From positions 94,488,001-94,552,000 of the forward strand of contig CM060731.1 of the NCBI GenBank assembly GCA_030704615.1: a DNA stretch of 64,000 nucleotides, written 5' to 3'. This DNA comes from Takakia lepidozioides. Its lineage: Eukaryota > Plantae > Bryophyta. A model generated the notes under the pieces. The model worked only from the letters and a program-made list of their open reading frames with translations, did not search any database and was not told the origin of the DNA. Position numbers and translations under genes: made by a program. This document shows, piece after piece, positions 24,513 to 48,590 of the stretch (its first letter is position 1; every line of letters starts with the position of its first letter).

Positions 24513-27273
24513 GAGACGAAGCTGTGGGATGAATACTTTTCTCACCCCAGTAACTGGTGGGACAACCGAGGCAAAAAGGTGAATGCCTGTCAGATTACAG
24601 AGTGTAGCAAATGCAATTGACCATATGAACTAGTGTGATAAGTTGGGTTGGGTGCAATTGCACTCTCACTTTCCTCTCTGCTTCTGTTTGCTATTCAAAG
24701 GTAGGATTCCTGCCCTTAGTTTAATTTCAGTCTGGTGCCGAGAGTGGGTAGACCCTTGAGGTCATCCATGATGTCCTCCCCCATGTCACAGACTGGAAAC
24801 AAGTCCAGGGAAGTTTTCTGCCTAACTTCATTTTCATCAAACAATTTTCTGGAAATGGGCATGGCTTTGGACACTACAGCCTCTAAGTCAGTAGGGTTGG
24901 GGCATTTGCTGGAACAATTCTAAAAGGTGAATGTCTGTCAGATTACCAGATGTCATTTTGAACACTGCCCCTGCCCTGGTGGACATGTATGCCAAATGTG
25001 GGTGCATCGAGGATGCCAAGGGAGTGTTCAACACTATAGCTGAACGAGATGTGGTGTCGTGGAGTGCGATGCTTGCAGGGTATGCACAACAGGGGTGCGG
25101 GATGGAGGCTCCAACCTATGAGCAAATGATGGGGGAAGGGGTGAAGGCCGCCGACATAAGGTTTGTGTATGTTTGCAGTATGTCTGGCAGCCCTGGAAAA
25201 GGGTAAAGAGATCCCTGATGACATGATCAAATCTGCAATTGTACCAGATGTCATCCTGAACACTGCTCTGGTGGCCATGTGTGCCAAATGTGGTAGCATT
25301 GAGGATGCTAAGGGAGTGTTCAACACTATGGCTGAATGAGATGTGGTGTTGTGGAATGCGATGCTTGAAGGGTGTGCAGAGCAGGGGCGCCGGATGGGGC
25401 TTTGGAGACCTGAAAGCAAATGATGGGGGAAGGGGTGAAGTTCGACCACATCATGTTTGTGTGCGTTTGCAGTGCGTGTGCAAGCCTGACAGCCCTGGAA
25501 AAGGGCAAAGAGGTGTATGGTTGCATCACCAAAGCTGGAAATGTACCAGATGGATCAATAGCTATAAGAAACCTGCATGGGTAGATGGTCAACTAGAAGC
25601 CGCAGCAGCAGCGGCACAATGATAAACTCAGGCACTGGTAATGAAGGCACCTTCTTCAACACATTTCACCCTATTTTTCCCTCTTATCAGAATCAGCCCT
25701 AAATTTTCATGTTGAATTCTGCAAGTTAGCTGGTTGAGTGAGCCTTTGATAGTTTGGAGTGACTTTGACATGGTACTGCCAATGTGACAATAGGGAAGTA
25801 TCCAGAAACAGGTAACAACTGAGACGAGGAGAAGCTGCGGAATGAATACTTTTCTAACCCCAGTCAATGGTGGGACAATCAAGGCAAAAAGGTGAATGCC
25901 TGTCAGATTACCAGATGTCATTCTGAACACTGTCTCTGCCCTGGTGGACATGTAGGCCAAATGTGGGTGCATCGAGGATGCCAAGAGAGTGTTCAACACT
26001 ATGGCTGAACGAGATGTGATGTCGTGGAGTGCGATGCTCGCAGGGTATGCACAGCAGGGGTGTGGGATGGAGGCTTTGGAGACCTATGATCAGCAAATGA
26101 TGGGGGAAGGGGTGAAGCCCGCCGACATAACGTTTGTGTGCGGTTTGTAGTGCGTCTGGCAGACCTGGAAAAGGGCAAAGAGATCAATGGTGACATCATC
26201 AAATCTGCAATTGTACCAGATGTCATCCTGAACACTGCTCTGGTGGACATGTATGCCAAATGTGGGAGCATTGAGGATGCCAAGGGAGTTTTCAACACTA
26301 TGGCTGAACGAGAGATGGTGTCGTGGAGTGCGATGCTTGTAGGGTGTGCACAGCAGAGGCATGGGATGGAGGCTTTAGAGACCTATGAACAAATGATGGG
26401 GGAAGGGGTGAAGCCCAACCGCATCACGTTTGTGTGCAAGCTCCAGATTACCTATGATTCCCTGTGGATCAATATCTACTACCAACCTGCATGGGTAGAT
26501 GGTTAACTAGAAGCTGCAGCAGCAGCGACACGATTGATAAAATCAGGCACTGCTAATGAAGGCACCTTCTTCAACACATTCCAACCTGTTTTTCCCTCTT
26601 ATCAGAAACGGCCATGTTGAATTCTGCAAGTTAGCTGGTTGAGTGAACCTTTGATAGTTTGGAGTGACTGACATGATACTGCCAATGTGACAACATGAAA
26701 GTATCCAGAAACAGGTAACAGAGATAAGGAGAAGCTGTGGAATGAATACTTTTCTGACCCCAGTCAATGGTGGGACGATCGAGGCAAGAAGATGAATGCT
26801 TGTTGGATTATAGAGAGTAGCAGATGCAATTGAGCATAGGAACTAGTGTGATAAGTAGGGTTGGGGTGTTTGCTGGAACAACTCTAGGCTGTCATTGTCA
26901 GCTGCTAGCAGCAAGCCAAAGATGAATGCATGATTTGTAGGGTGACATACCCTATTGCTGAAATCTGGCCCTCTTGGATGAATCTGGACCTTCAACTATC
27001 CATGGATTACAAAGAGTAGTAGATGCAATTGAGCATAGGAACTAGAGTGATAAGCTGATTTGGGTGTTTCCTAGAACATATGTAGGCTGTTATTGTCAGC
27101 TGCTAGCAGCAAGGCAAAGATGTATGCATGGTTTGTGCAGAGGCATGGATAGCTGAAGGAGCAGGGATGGAGTGTGGGTCCAGATTCATCCAAGAGGGCC
27201 AGATTTCAAGCATAAGGTTACCTATGATTCCCTGTGGATCAATAACTACAAGAAACCTGCATGGGTAGATGGT
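24513..27273 (+). pseudogene. Interleaved PLS-class PPR and OSB-type PDF-motif fragments
   Basis: PPR: PDVILNTALVDMYAKCGSIEDAKGVFNTMAERE.VSWSAML (24945-25510, 25912-26435). PDF: KLWDEYFSHPSNWWDNRGKKVN (24513, 25828, 26729) and PDFKHKVTYDSLWINNYKKPAWVDG (27199-27273). Confidence 0.85.
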
Positions 27274-27529
27274 CTATCACTGACCAAAAGGTAGGAAAGT
27301 AGTTCATGGCTTTTAGCATGCCTGCGGAGACGTAATGTAGATGTAGTATGTCACCTTTTATCATGGCTGGATTTTGTTGACTCTGTTCCAAGACTTACTG
27401 TCTTGGATTCTATTCTGTTTTTTGAATGGTGAATCTTCAAGAGCATTTGGATTTGCAGATTCACTTCGAATGTATGGGAATTGTAGGAGAATTATATGAG
27501 AATGTATGAATCACTTACATACCACTCTG

Positions 27530-28330
27530 TCAGTGGTATATGTAAGACTGTGACAATATGCAAGAGTGGCTGTACTCCTCCAGATGTAGCCCCAATCACT
27601 TACATACCACTCTGGTAGTAATAATTCAAAAACATGGTTCCTACTTCGTGGGACACACTGGATGACTTAGTCAATGGTTTTAGCACACACCTAACCACTA
27701 CATCAATACTGGTAGAACCACTTCGTCAGTGGTTTAGCACACAACCTAACCACTACATTGATACTGGTAGAACCACTCAGTAAGTGGTTTTAGCACACAT
27801 CAATACTATTAGAACCACACATTCAGTGATAATATACATTGTTTATTCTCGTTTCATGACTATTAGAGTCATTTAAGTCTCACTCACAAAGTTGTTTGTG
27901 AAGTCATTGCATTTTTCAGCACATTCCTAAAATAGGGCACGTGATCATTTGCAATATCGCCACGTGTCCAGGTAATGGAGCTCATAATCGTCTAATTGGA
28001 TTCGGCTACGTGTCCATATGGATACGGACACGTGTCCGTCCATTGCTAAGTATGATCGACGGAGTCGCTGCGTCCACGTCGTATACGGTGGAAGTGGTCT
28101 ATGTTCTGAAGTGGTTAGTTTACCACTGTGACACGTAAGCGAACAACTGGACTCGGAGGCAAGTGATCATAACCACTGTCTTTCACCACTTCGGACACGT
28201 CATGTCTTTAACCACTGCTGAGTCAAGATCCACTGGGTCTAGACCACTCTGGGGCCAGAGTGGTTGGGTGTCTTTTCCCACTCAAAATGAGTGGTTACCA
28301 GAGTGGTTATTCCGCGTTTTTCTTCTAGTG
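27530..28330. mobile_element. CACTA right terminal region (CACTAG type)
   Basis: Ends CGCGTTTTTCTTCTAGTG, with many AACCACT/AGTGGTT subterminal repeats in both orientations. Confidence 0.8.
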
Positions 28331-29143
28331 TTTAAGAGAGTACCTTGTATCCTCTCTTTGTTGTGTAAGAAAAGAAGGGATCCGACGATCTGGTGAAGGT
28401 CCATGACCACTCAGCAAGATCAATATCGAGCTCTGCCAAAGGCCTTCCAAGAATCCACACAAAGGTATTGGATATTAGCTAGTCATGAACTGTGACAGAT
28501 AACGGGGGTAGTGGGTTGAATGCCTTATCTTGTGAAGTCCAGCAGCAAATCCTAATCGGGGTTAGAGGAATTGGTTGAATGAACTGGGGGATTGTTGAAG
28601 AAAGAGTAAGCGCCAGAGTTGTTGTGTTGATATGAAAGTTGAAGATCGTGAACTGCTGTGGTGAAGCGTACAAGACAAAAATGACTGATAACTGACCTTG
28701 GTAAATGGCCAAGCCCCACGTATTGTCCACCAACACCGGGGGCTGATCCCAGGATGGCTAACCATCGAGGGTATATGGATGTGACGAGGGCTTGATATCC
28801 CCTGTTCGCCCTCCCCTTTGCCACTAGATCTGAGATCGATTCTAGGGGTTGGAGGGCCCTATTTTTCAGATGTTGTTGATCTGGTCGTTTATTAATTTGA
28901 TTAAAAGGGTCTCCGTCCCCTTTCATAAAATAATAATAATAATAATGATAATAATTAAAAAATATTATAAATGCTACCCCAGAACATAAGGTGCCACCCA
29001 GGTGATTCGTTGTAGGGGGCGCATATCGACGAGGGCACCTAATCCTTACCGATACCGTCCGCCGTGTCGTACGCCCGTTGACGTCGTCGCTCTCCGTCGT
29101 CGTCGTCGTCCGTCGAACGTGCGCGTGTGGCAGTCTGCCTTCG

Positions 29144-29413
29144 CCTCTCTCTCTCTCTCTCTCCTCTCTCTGTCGGGCACCGTCGCATGGTCGGGTCGGT
29201 CGGTCGCCCTCTCGGCATGTGGGTCCACCTGCGTACACCCAACTTTACAGAGTGTCTGCTCACTTTTCATATTCAATCCTCCATTCTTCAGATTCTTTCA
29301 TAATGCGTGTGCCGCTCTCCTTGTCTTCTGCTAACAGCTAGATCGACGGCGATCTTCTGTCGGAGGTATCCTTCAGCCTTCCGACGTATTGAATACTGGG
29401 GACTGTGTGTGTG

Positions 29414-29447
<34 letters not shown>
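29144..29447 (+). repeat. (CT)n and (GA)n microsatellites in the probable 5' UTR/first intron of the BEACH gene
   Basis: CT run at ~29144-29170 and GA run at ~29417-29447, in a CG-rich island with a donor-like GAG|GTATCC at ~29366. Confidence 0.7.
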
Positions 29448-29450
<3 letters not shown>

Positions 29451-30901
29451 CATATATACCTGAATGTAGAATGGAGAGAGGCGGATCAATGAATATTGTG
29501 ACCTCCAAAAACAGTAATTGGAGCTGTGTACAAGTAATTTTGGCATTCGATCACTTGCCGGTTTATTGTCCCTCTTTGTGTCGTGGTAATTTTGATTACA
29601 ATTGGATACATCTTTTTCTAAGTTTGCGTCCGTTCTGTGATGGCCTCCTTCACCCCATTTTTCGGTCGTCTCTAGTGTTCTAGTGTTGCATTACTGTTGA
29701 AATGTACATTATGAGATTGGCGGGGGCATTATGTGACAAGCAGCGATGGCAATTGCTTAAGACCAGAAACGCTGATCAGTTTTTTAGAGACATACGCGTG
29801 TCACGGTTTCGAAGGTTCGGATTCAAAGCTATGGAAGAGGACCTGCTCCAAGGTTGTCCTCAGATTACTGGGTTCTCCAGCCATTCAATTGAAGAAGGAT
29901 GCACCTGCATTACTCATCGTCTAGGAATACTAAACCTCCCCCAGCCGGTTGTGGGGTTTCAGCTCACCACGGTATATGAGAATTCCCACCGTGCTGGTGC
30001 ACAGTCGACGAGAATCTGGTTGCGCTCAATTCAGTTTCAATATATGGTCTGACATTTGAGATCAGACCAAAAAGCAAGAAGTGGAGGCCAGCACGCCTCC
30101 TTCAGCCTTCTAGCTTGCAACAGAGTGCGTGTGTGAGAGAGAGATCACTCCAAGGGTTCCGATGCCAGAGCTCTGGAGTCATATCGTCCAACTTTATAGA
30201 GATAACTTTTTCGGTTTTCAATCACCAAGGTTTATGACATGGTTTACTGAATGTGCTGCATTAGCCAGTCTGGTAGCAGGTTGGCTCAAATGTGCAATGT
30301 GGGCAGGTTCGATTGGGTTCTGAACTTCTGGGTTTGTCGGCCAAAAGCTAACGGGTGTCTATACTCTCTCACCAAGCGTCCACCAAATGTCTACTGGGTG
30401 GATGGGGAACTCTTTAAACCTGTGAAAGGACAGGAAGTAGCATGGTCATATCCAAAGGTTCTGTAAGCTGAGCGCTTGTACACTGATTTTGAAATTTTCT
30501 CTGCAGGCAACCCAGTAGCTTGGAAGGATGCGAGCCAAGATGAAAAAGTTCTGACATATTATGGTTGCGGTCACCTGTCATAGTACTCTGTTTTCACTTG
30601 ATATCCTGGTTGCTTTTTTCTGATTGGCAAACAGCTTTCTCTTTCCTCTCTGCCTCTTCCTTTCTCTTTTGAAATCCAAGTCACTGGAATTAGCCTCCCT
30701 TATTTGTCTGGTCTTATATGCAAGGATGGGACCCATGGTTTGGGTTTTCACAGAGCCCTCTCTATCCAACCACATCAAGTCCATGGATGTTTATGGTGCA
30801 CTTTCTCTGAACTATTTCCAATTTTTAGTGCAGCCAATCAGTAGTCAATAACCCTAGCATTCAAAGAAGAAGCTTCTGCCGCCAGAAATTCGAGAACAGC
30901 C

Positions 30902-44499
<13,598 letters not shown>

Positions 44500-46395
44500 A
44501 TCTGACATCATTTAGACCACCTCATTAAGTTCAGGTTCTTGGTCCTCTCCTTTCCATCATGCGTTGGTTAGGCATGAAAGTCAGCATTTGGGTAGAATGT
44601 TGCAATGGAGGGGTGCACTATGAACTGTAGAGGCTCTGCAGCGATTTTTGTCTCTTAAAGGTACGCTTCCAGATCAATGTACATTATGTCTTTTGAGCCA
44701 GTTCAGTTCACCCTTTGGTTTTTTCATTTTGACTGAGAGGTTTTGTAGGATTCGTGAGCAAGATGGCCTATCTCTGCATCAATTTCTGCTGTTGGTACCA
44801 ACTAGTATGGGTTCCGTTGCGTGGGGTTCCACAATAGTTGGGGCATGGTTTTGGGGAAACTCGAGATATCAAATGCAAATGTTTTGAGACCCTGCTTTTC
44901 ATAGCTAGGGATGCAGCTCAACAATCAAATATGGCAACATGAGGATCTCTCCCTCCTATTTTTGAGTAGTACAGTTCTAAAGTTTCAGATGCTTCAAATG
45001 ATTGCTCTGCTTTGCTTTTGTTGTGGGCAGCTTACATGCTATTACAATTCATTGCACATACACATTGAGGAGAGAGAGACTTCATATTGGGTGATTCTCT
45101 ACTGACTATCAGAGTAAATGTTGTCTAGGGCACCATCATTTCTGGGTCCCCAAAACATATTTTTAGGCTGTAGGCCTAGTATTCTCTCCTGTTCCAGTTT
45201 CTATTTGAACTGAGGGCAAGTCCAGCTGACACCAATGGTACATAACATTTAGTCACAACTGGTATATGTGCACACTTCTCCGTAGACTCAAGTGTAACAT
45301 GTATTTCTATAGTATGGCTCACGAAATGACGTCTCTTTTTCGTCCCCAGTTATATTAGATTTGGGTGACTCTATCTGCTCTGTGCCCAGAGGCCCAGAGG
45401 TCTCTGGTAAAGAATGGAATGTGGCCAGCTGCATGAGCGGCAGGGAGGTGAAAGCTTTGACGAGCGGTGGAAAGATAGCCTAGTTGCACACTCAGAGAGA
45501 TGCAGTAAACAGTGTAGGTAATCTGGTGATGGCTACTGTCCGCGAGGACTAGGGAAGAGGACTAGGGAACGCATCAGGCTCTGAGATAGAGGCTCATCGC
45601 GAAGCTCGACCCACCCTTACACGCTGTAATGTAGTGTTACCCGAGGAGAAAAAGAGAGAAAGTAAGTACAGAGGATCCAAAAGAGGTGCTGATCTTCCGA
45701 ATCACTGCTTGGACCCTTGACATTGTAAGATGGAGTATTCCACCTGTTGCAGATGCTCTTCTGTTCGTTGGCTGGATGAAAAGCAGGGTGGTTGGTGAAG
45801 CTAATTAAATGTGCCTAATGTTAGCCTAGGCCCTTGTCTGATTCCAACAGTAACCTAATCAGACAGGGTGGCTGCTGATGTGTGGAAGAAACTTAAAGAA
45901 ATCCTGGCAGCCAATAAGAGGCCACCATTTGCCATTCTAGATTAGCCCTTTTCTTAATATAAAAAGCGGATGGCTTATGCCAAACGCAGGATGTTTTGGG
46001 TGATAAGCACTGTGTACTGGGATGTGTCGGGCATTTGGATGATTTGCACTTGATACCCTTGCATGTGATTAGATTGGCCCACCTCTAGCGAGAGATCTTT
46101 CCCATCTAGCTTGGCGTGCTTTACTGGCTTATTTCCCCGCTTGAATGCCCAAACATACAGAGGAAAAGCGAATATTCCTCGGGTAGAGAAGTTTGGTGGA
46201 GATCGGGGGCATTTTAATCTGACGGCTCGGGTGTGCTAGGAATGATAACCTAGGTTCGGTCTGGCTATGGTGCAACGACGGCTGTACGGGAGATCTAGGA
46301 AAATGGCGGCTCAATCCACCCTGCACAATCATTTGCTCCACCCTGTCACCCTGTGTATGTTGTTGCTGCTAGTGTTGTGTCTTCCTACCTTGTGA

Positions 46396-47307
46396 GTGAA
46401 CACTGTGTACGCAGCGGCCATGGCATCCAGCTCGAGTAATGCTGTTTCCTTTGAAATTGAGGACGACTCGTTTGAAGCTGTTTTTCTGGGGGTTGTACGT
46501 GACCTGGCGTCGTCTGATGTGCTGAGGCCTTACGACGGAGAGCCACTTGTGAGAGGGGATGCAGAGATCCCGCTTGATGTTCCCTCTGATTACTGGATAG
46601 AAAAGTTTGAGCAAACTGTTGTAGATGAAGCTCGCAAAGACGTGCATTCTGAAGGCGAGAAGCGCGAACAGCATTGCAAGATCGCTGAAGCCAAGCAGAG
46701 TGCTTTTGCTGGCAGATTGTTGCAGAGGCTGCATGCGAGAGAGATAGCCAAGCGCTTACCTCGCGCAATCATCCGTGAGCGACTTGGACAGGGTAAGCTG
46801 CTTACTTGGCCGCAAATTGGCGTTACCAAGTTTGTTGTCACCCGAGATCGCACCAACAATCTTCAGAGTTTCCTGCAACCCAAGGTTCCCAACGGCTACC
46901 GTTTTTGGGAGCTCGTTCGTGGAGGAAGTGCGACGACGCTGACGAACATTCGCCTTGCCTGGACTGCTGACGATTTTTCGTGGGAACAATCCATTACTGG
47001 TGTCCCGCAGCACTTGTTTTGTTTCTCTTCTCGGGACATAGTGATCTTCCCTGGTGAAAGCTTTGATCAAGAAACCATTGGGCTTTGCCAAGTCCAGGTT
47101 CCTACTGAGAAATATCCTTTACACACGTTGGTGATCAAGGAGAAGATGGTGCGTACGGTGACCCGCGTTACATTTTGGTTAAAGGTAGCCCCAACACTCT
47201 GGCATTTACAGGGAGAGGCAGTCCATCTCAGTTACAACCACCGCTTCATTTCTTCCTACACTATCACGGATTGGGAGAAGAGCATGCTGCATCCTAGTGA
47301 CATATGA
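46396..47307 (+). CDS. Extra 5' ORF of the Gypsy element (unknown function)
   Basis: Uninterrupted 303-codon ORF between the PBS and gag; first ATG at 46420. Confidence 0.6.
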   Translation: MNTVYAAAMASSSSNAVSFEIEDDSFEAVFLGVVRDLASSDVLRPYDGEPLVRGDAEIPLDVPSDYWIEKFEQTVVDEARKDVHSEGEKREQHCKIAEAKQSAFAGRLLQRLHAREIAKRLPRAIIRERLGQGKLLTWPQIGVTKFVVTRDRTNNLQSFLQPKVPNGYRFWELVRGGSATTLTNIRLAWTADDFSWEQSITGVPQHLFCFSSRDIVIFPGESFDQETIGLCQVQVPTEKYPLHTLVIKEKMVRTVTRVTFWLKVAPTLWHLQGEAVHLSYNHRFISSYTITDWEKSMLHPSDI

Positions 47308-47339
47308 TTCTCCTTGGACGATTTTTGTTGCTCTACTGA

Positions 47340-48430
47340 ATGCTCACAAGAGCTAAATTTAAACTTTTAGAGAATCAAACCAGTAAGATGGCAAAGGTAA
47401 AGGATGCTTGTGAACTAATTTTTGAAGCCAGTGAGCCTAGTACTGAGTTCACTACGGATGGGACGAGATTGCCGGGTCCTGCAACTCAGCCAAGTGTGGC
47501 TGCCCCATCTCATGTTGAACAGCAAACAGGTGAACCAGAGCTTGATGACTTGTGCCATGCAATGCGTCTTATTTTTTACTGTCCTGCTTTGTTGGAATTG
47601 TTCCTTGCTAAACGTGCTCAGAATGTAGTTGTGTCTGCAAGATCCCATGAGACCCGCATGATGAAGCAACCTTATCCGGAATACAAGGTGGGGCAAAACT
47701 TTGATAATTTTCTCACCTTTTTTGAGATGAGTGTGAAGATGAATGCAGTCCCACCTACTTTTGTCACAAATGCATTTCGTTTTTATCTCAAGGGAGAGGC
47801 CCAAGAACTCTTTGAAGCCACTATCAAAGATCTGGGGGATGTGCCATGGTCTGAAGCTAAAGGTATGGCTGAACAATTATTTCACGAAGAAAAATTGTCT
47901 GATTACTGTGTACCTGAGAGACGATACAAGGAGGGGGAAAATATACATAAGTACTAAACTGATATACGTACAGCTGTGTGTAAGACTGTTCCTGTTCTCT
48001 CGGAAAGGCCATTGGCCATCAAGCTTGGCTTCATCCGAGGCCTTCCTCCTGCAGAGCAAGTACATTTGCAACGAAACAAGTACTCCACCGAAAAAGAAAT
48101 GGTTCGGTTAATTGAAGAACGCTTGCGCACTAAAGCAGCTAAACGGGGAGTTGTACCCAAAATTCAACCTACCCACATGATGAGTGATGTATCAGAACTG
48201 GTGATGAGCACTAACAAGGGAGAAGCCCTAGAGCTTCTTCTTGCAGTGGTACGAGATGTGCAGGAAACGGTTCGACTTGAATTACAGGCCTTTAAGGCTG
48301 ATGCTCGCTGGCAAGCCCCATCAAATTTCAACCAGAGTGGTGGCAACAGGGGACGCACTAATACTGATGTTGGTTATCAATTATATTTACAAAGGCAAGG
48401 ATCATGTTACCAGATTTTGCCCATACCAGG
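47340..48430 (+). pseudogene. gag
   Basis: FDNFLTFFE..FYLKGEAQELF..W..F..KEGENIHKY, a premature stop, and a degenerate zinc knuckle (KGKDHVTRFCP). Confidence 0.75.
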
Positions 48431-48590
48431 CTGATCTGCCAGGTATGATTGAAAATTTTGAGAGGGAAAAATAAAAGAAGGGTAAGGCTCGTTTAAACGA
48501 ATAGGGTCACCTGCGAATGAAGGGACATGTGATCGTAGAGTTAAACCTTCAGAACCCCTAACTACTGTTCTTGTTTCTGACACATTCAAG

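Larger units (their letters stand above)
18915..24922. repeat. Large imperfect inverted repeat: arms ~18915-20385 and ~23125-24922
   Basis: Colinear reverse-complement matches, for example 18915/24922, 19196/24510, 19730/23985, 20050/23660, 20115/23425 and 20347/23160. Confidence 0.85.

Noticed and set aside
28552-29341. ORFs with RE/LS-rich runs
   Set aside because: They are translations of microsatellites and a CG-rich promoter/UTR.
45293-45641. Solo LTR (TGTAACA...TGTTACC, flanks CAAG/CGAG)
   Set aside because: Both the terminus and the TSD are imperfect, and there is no second copy in the window.
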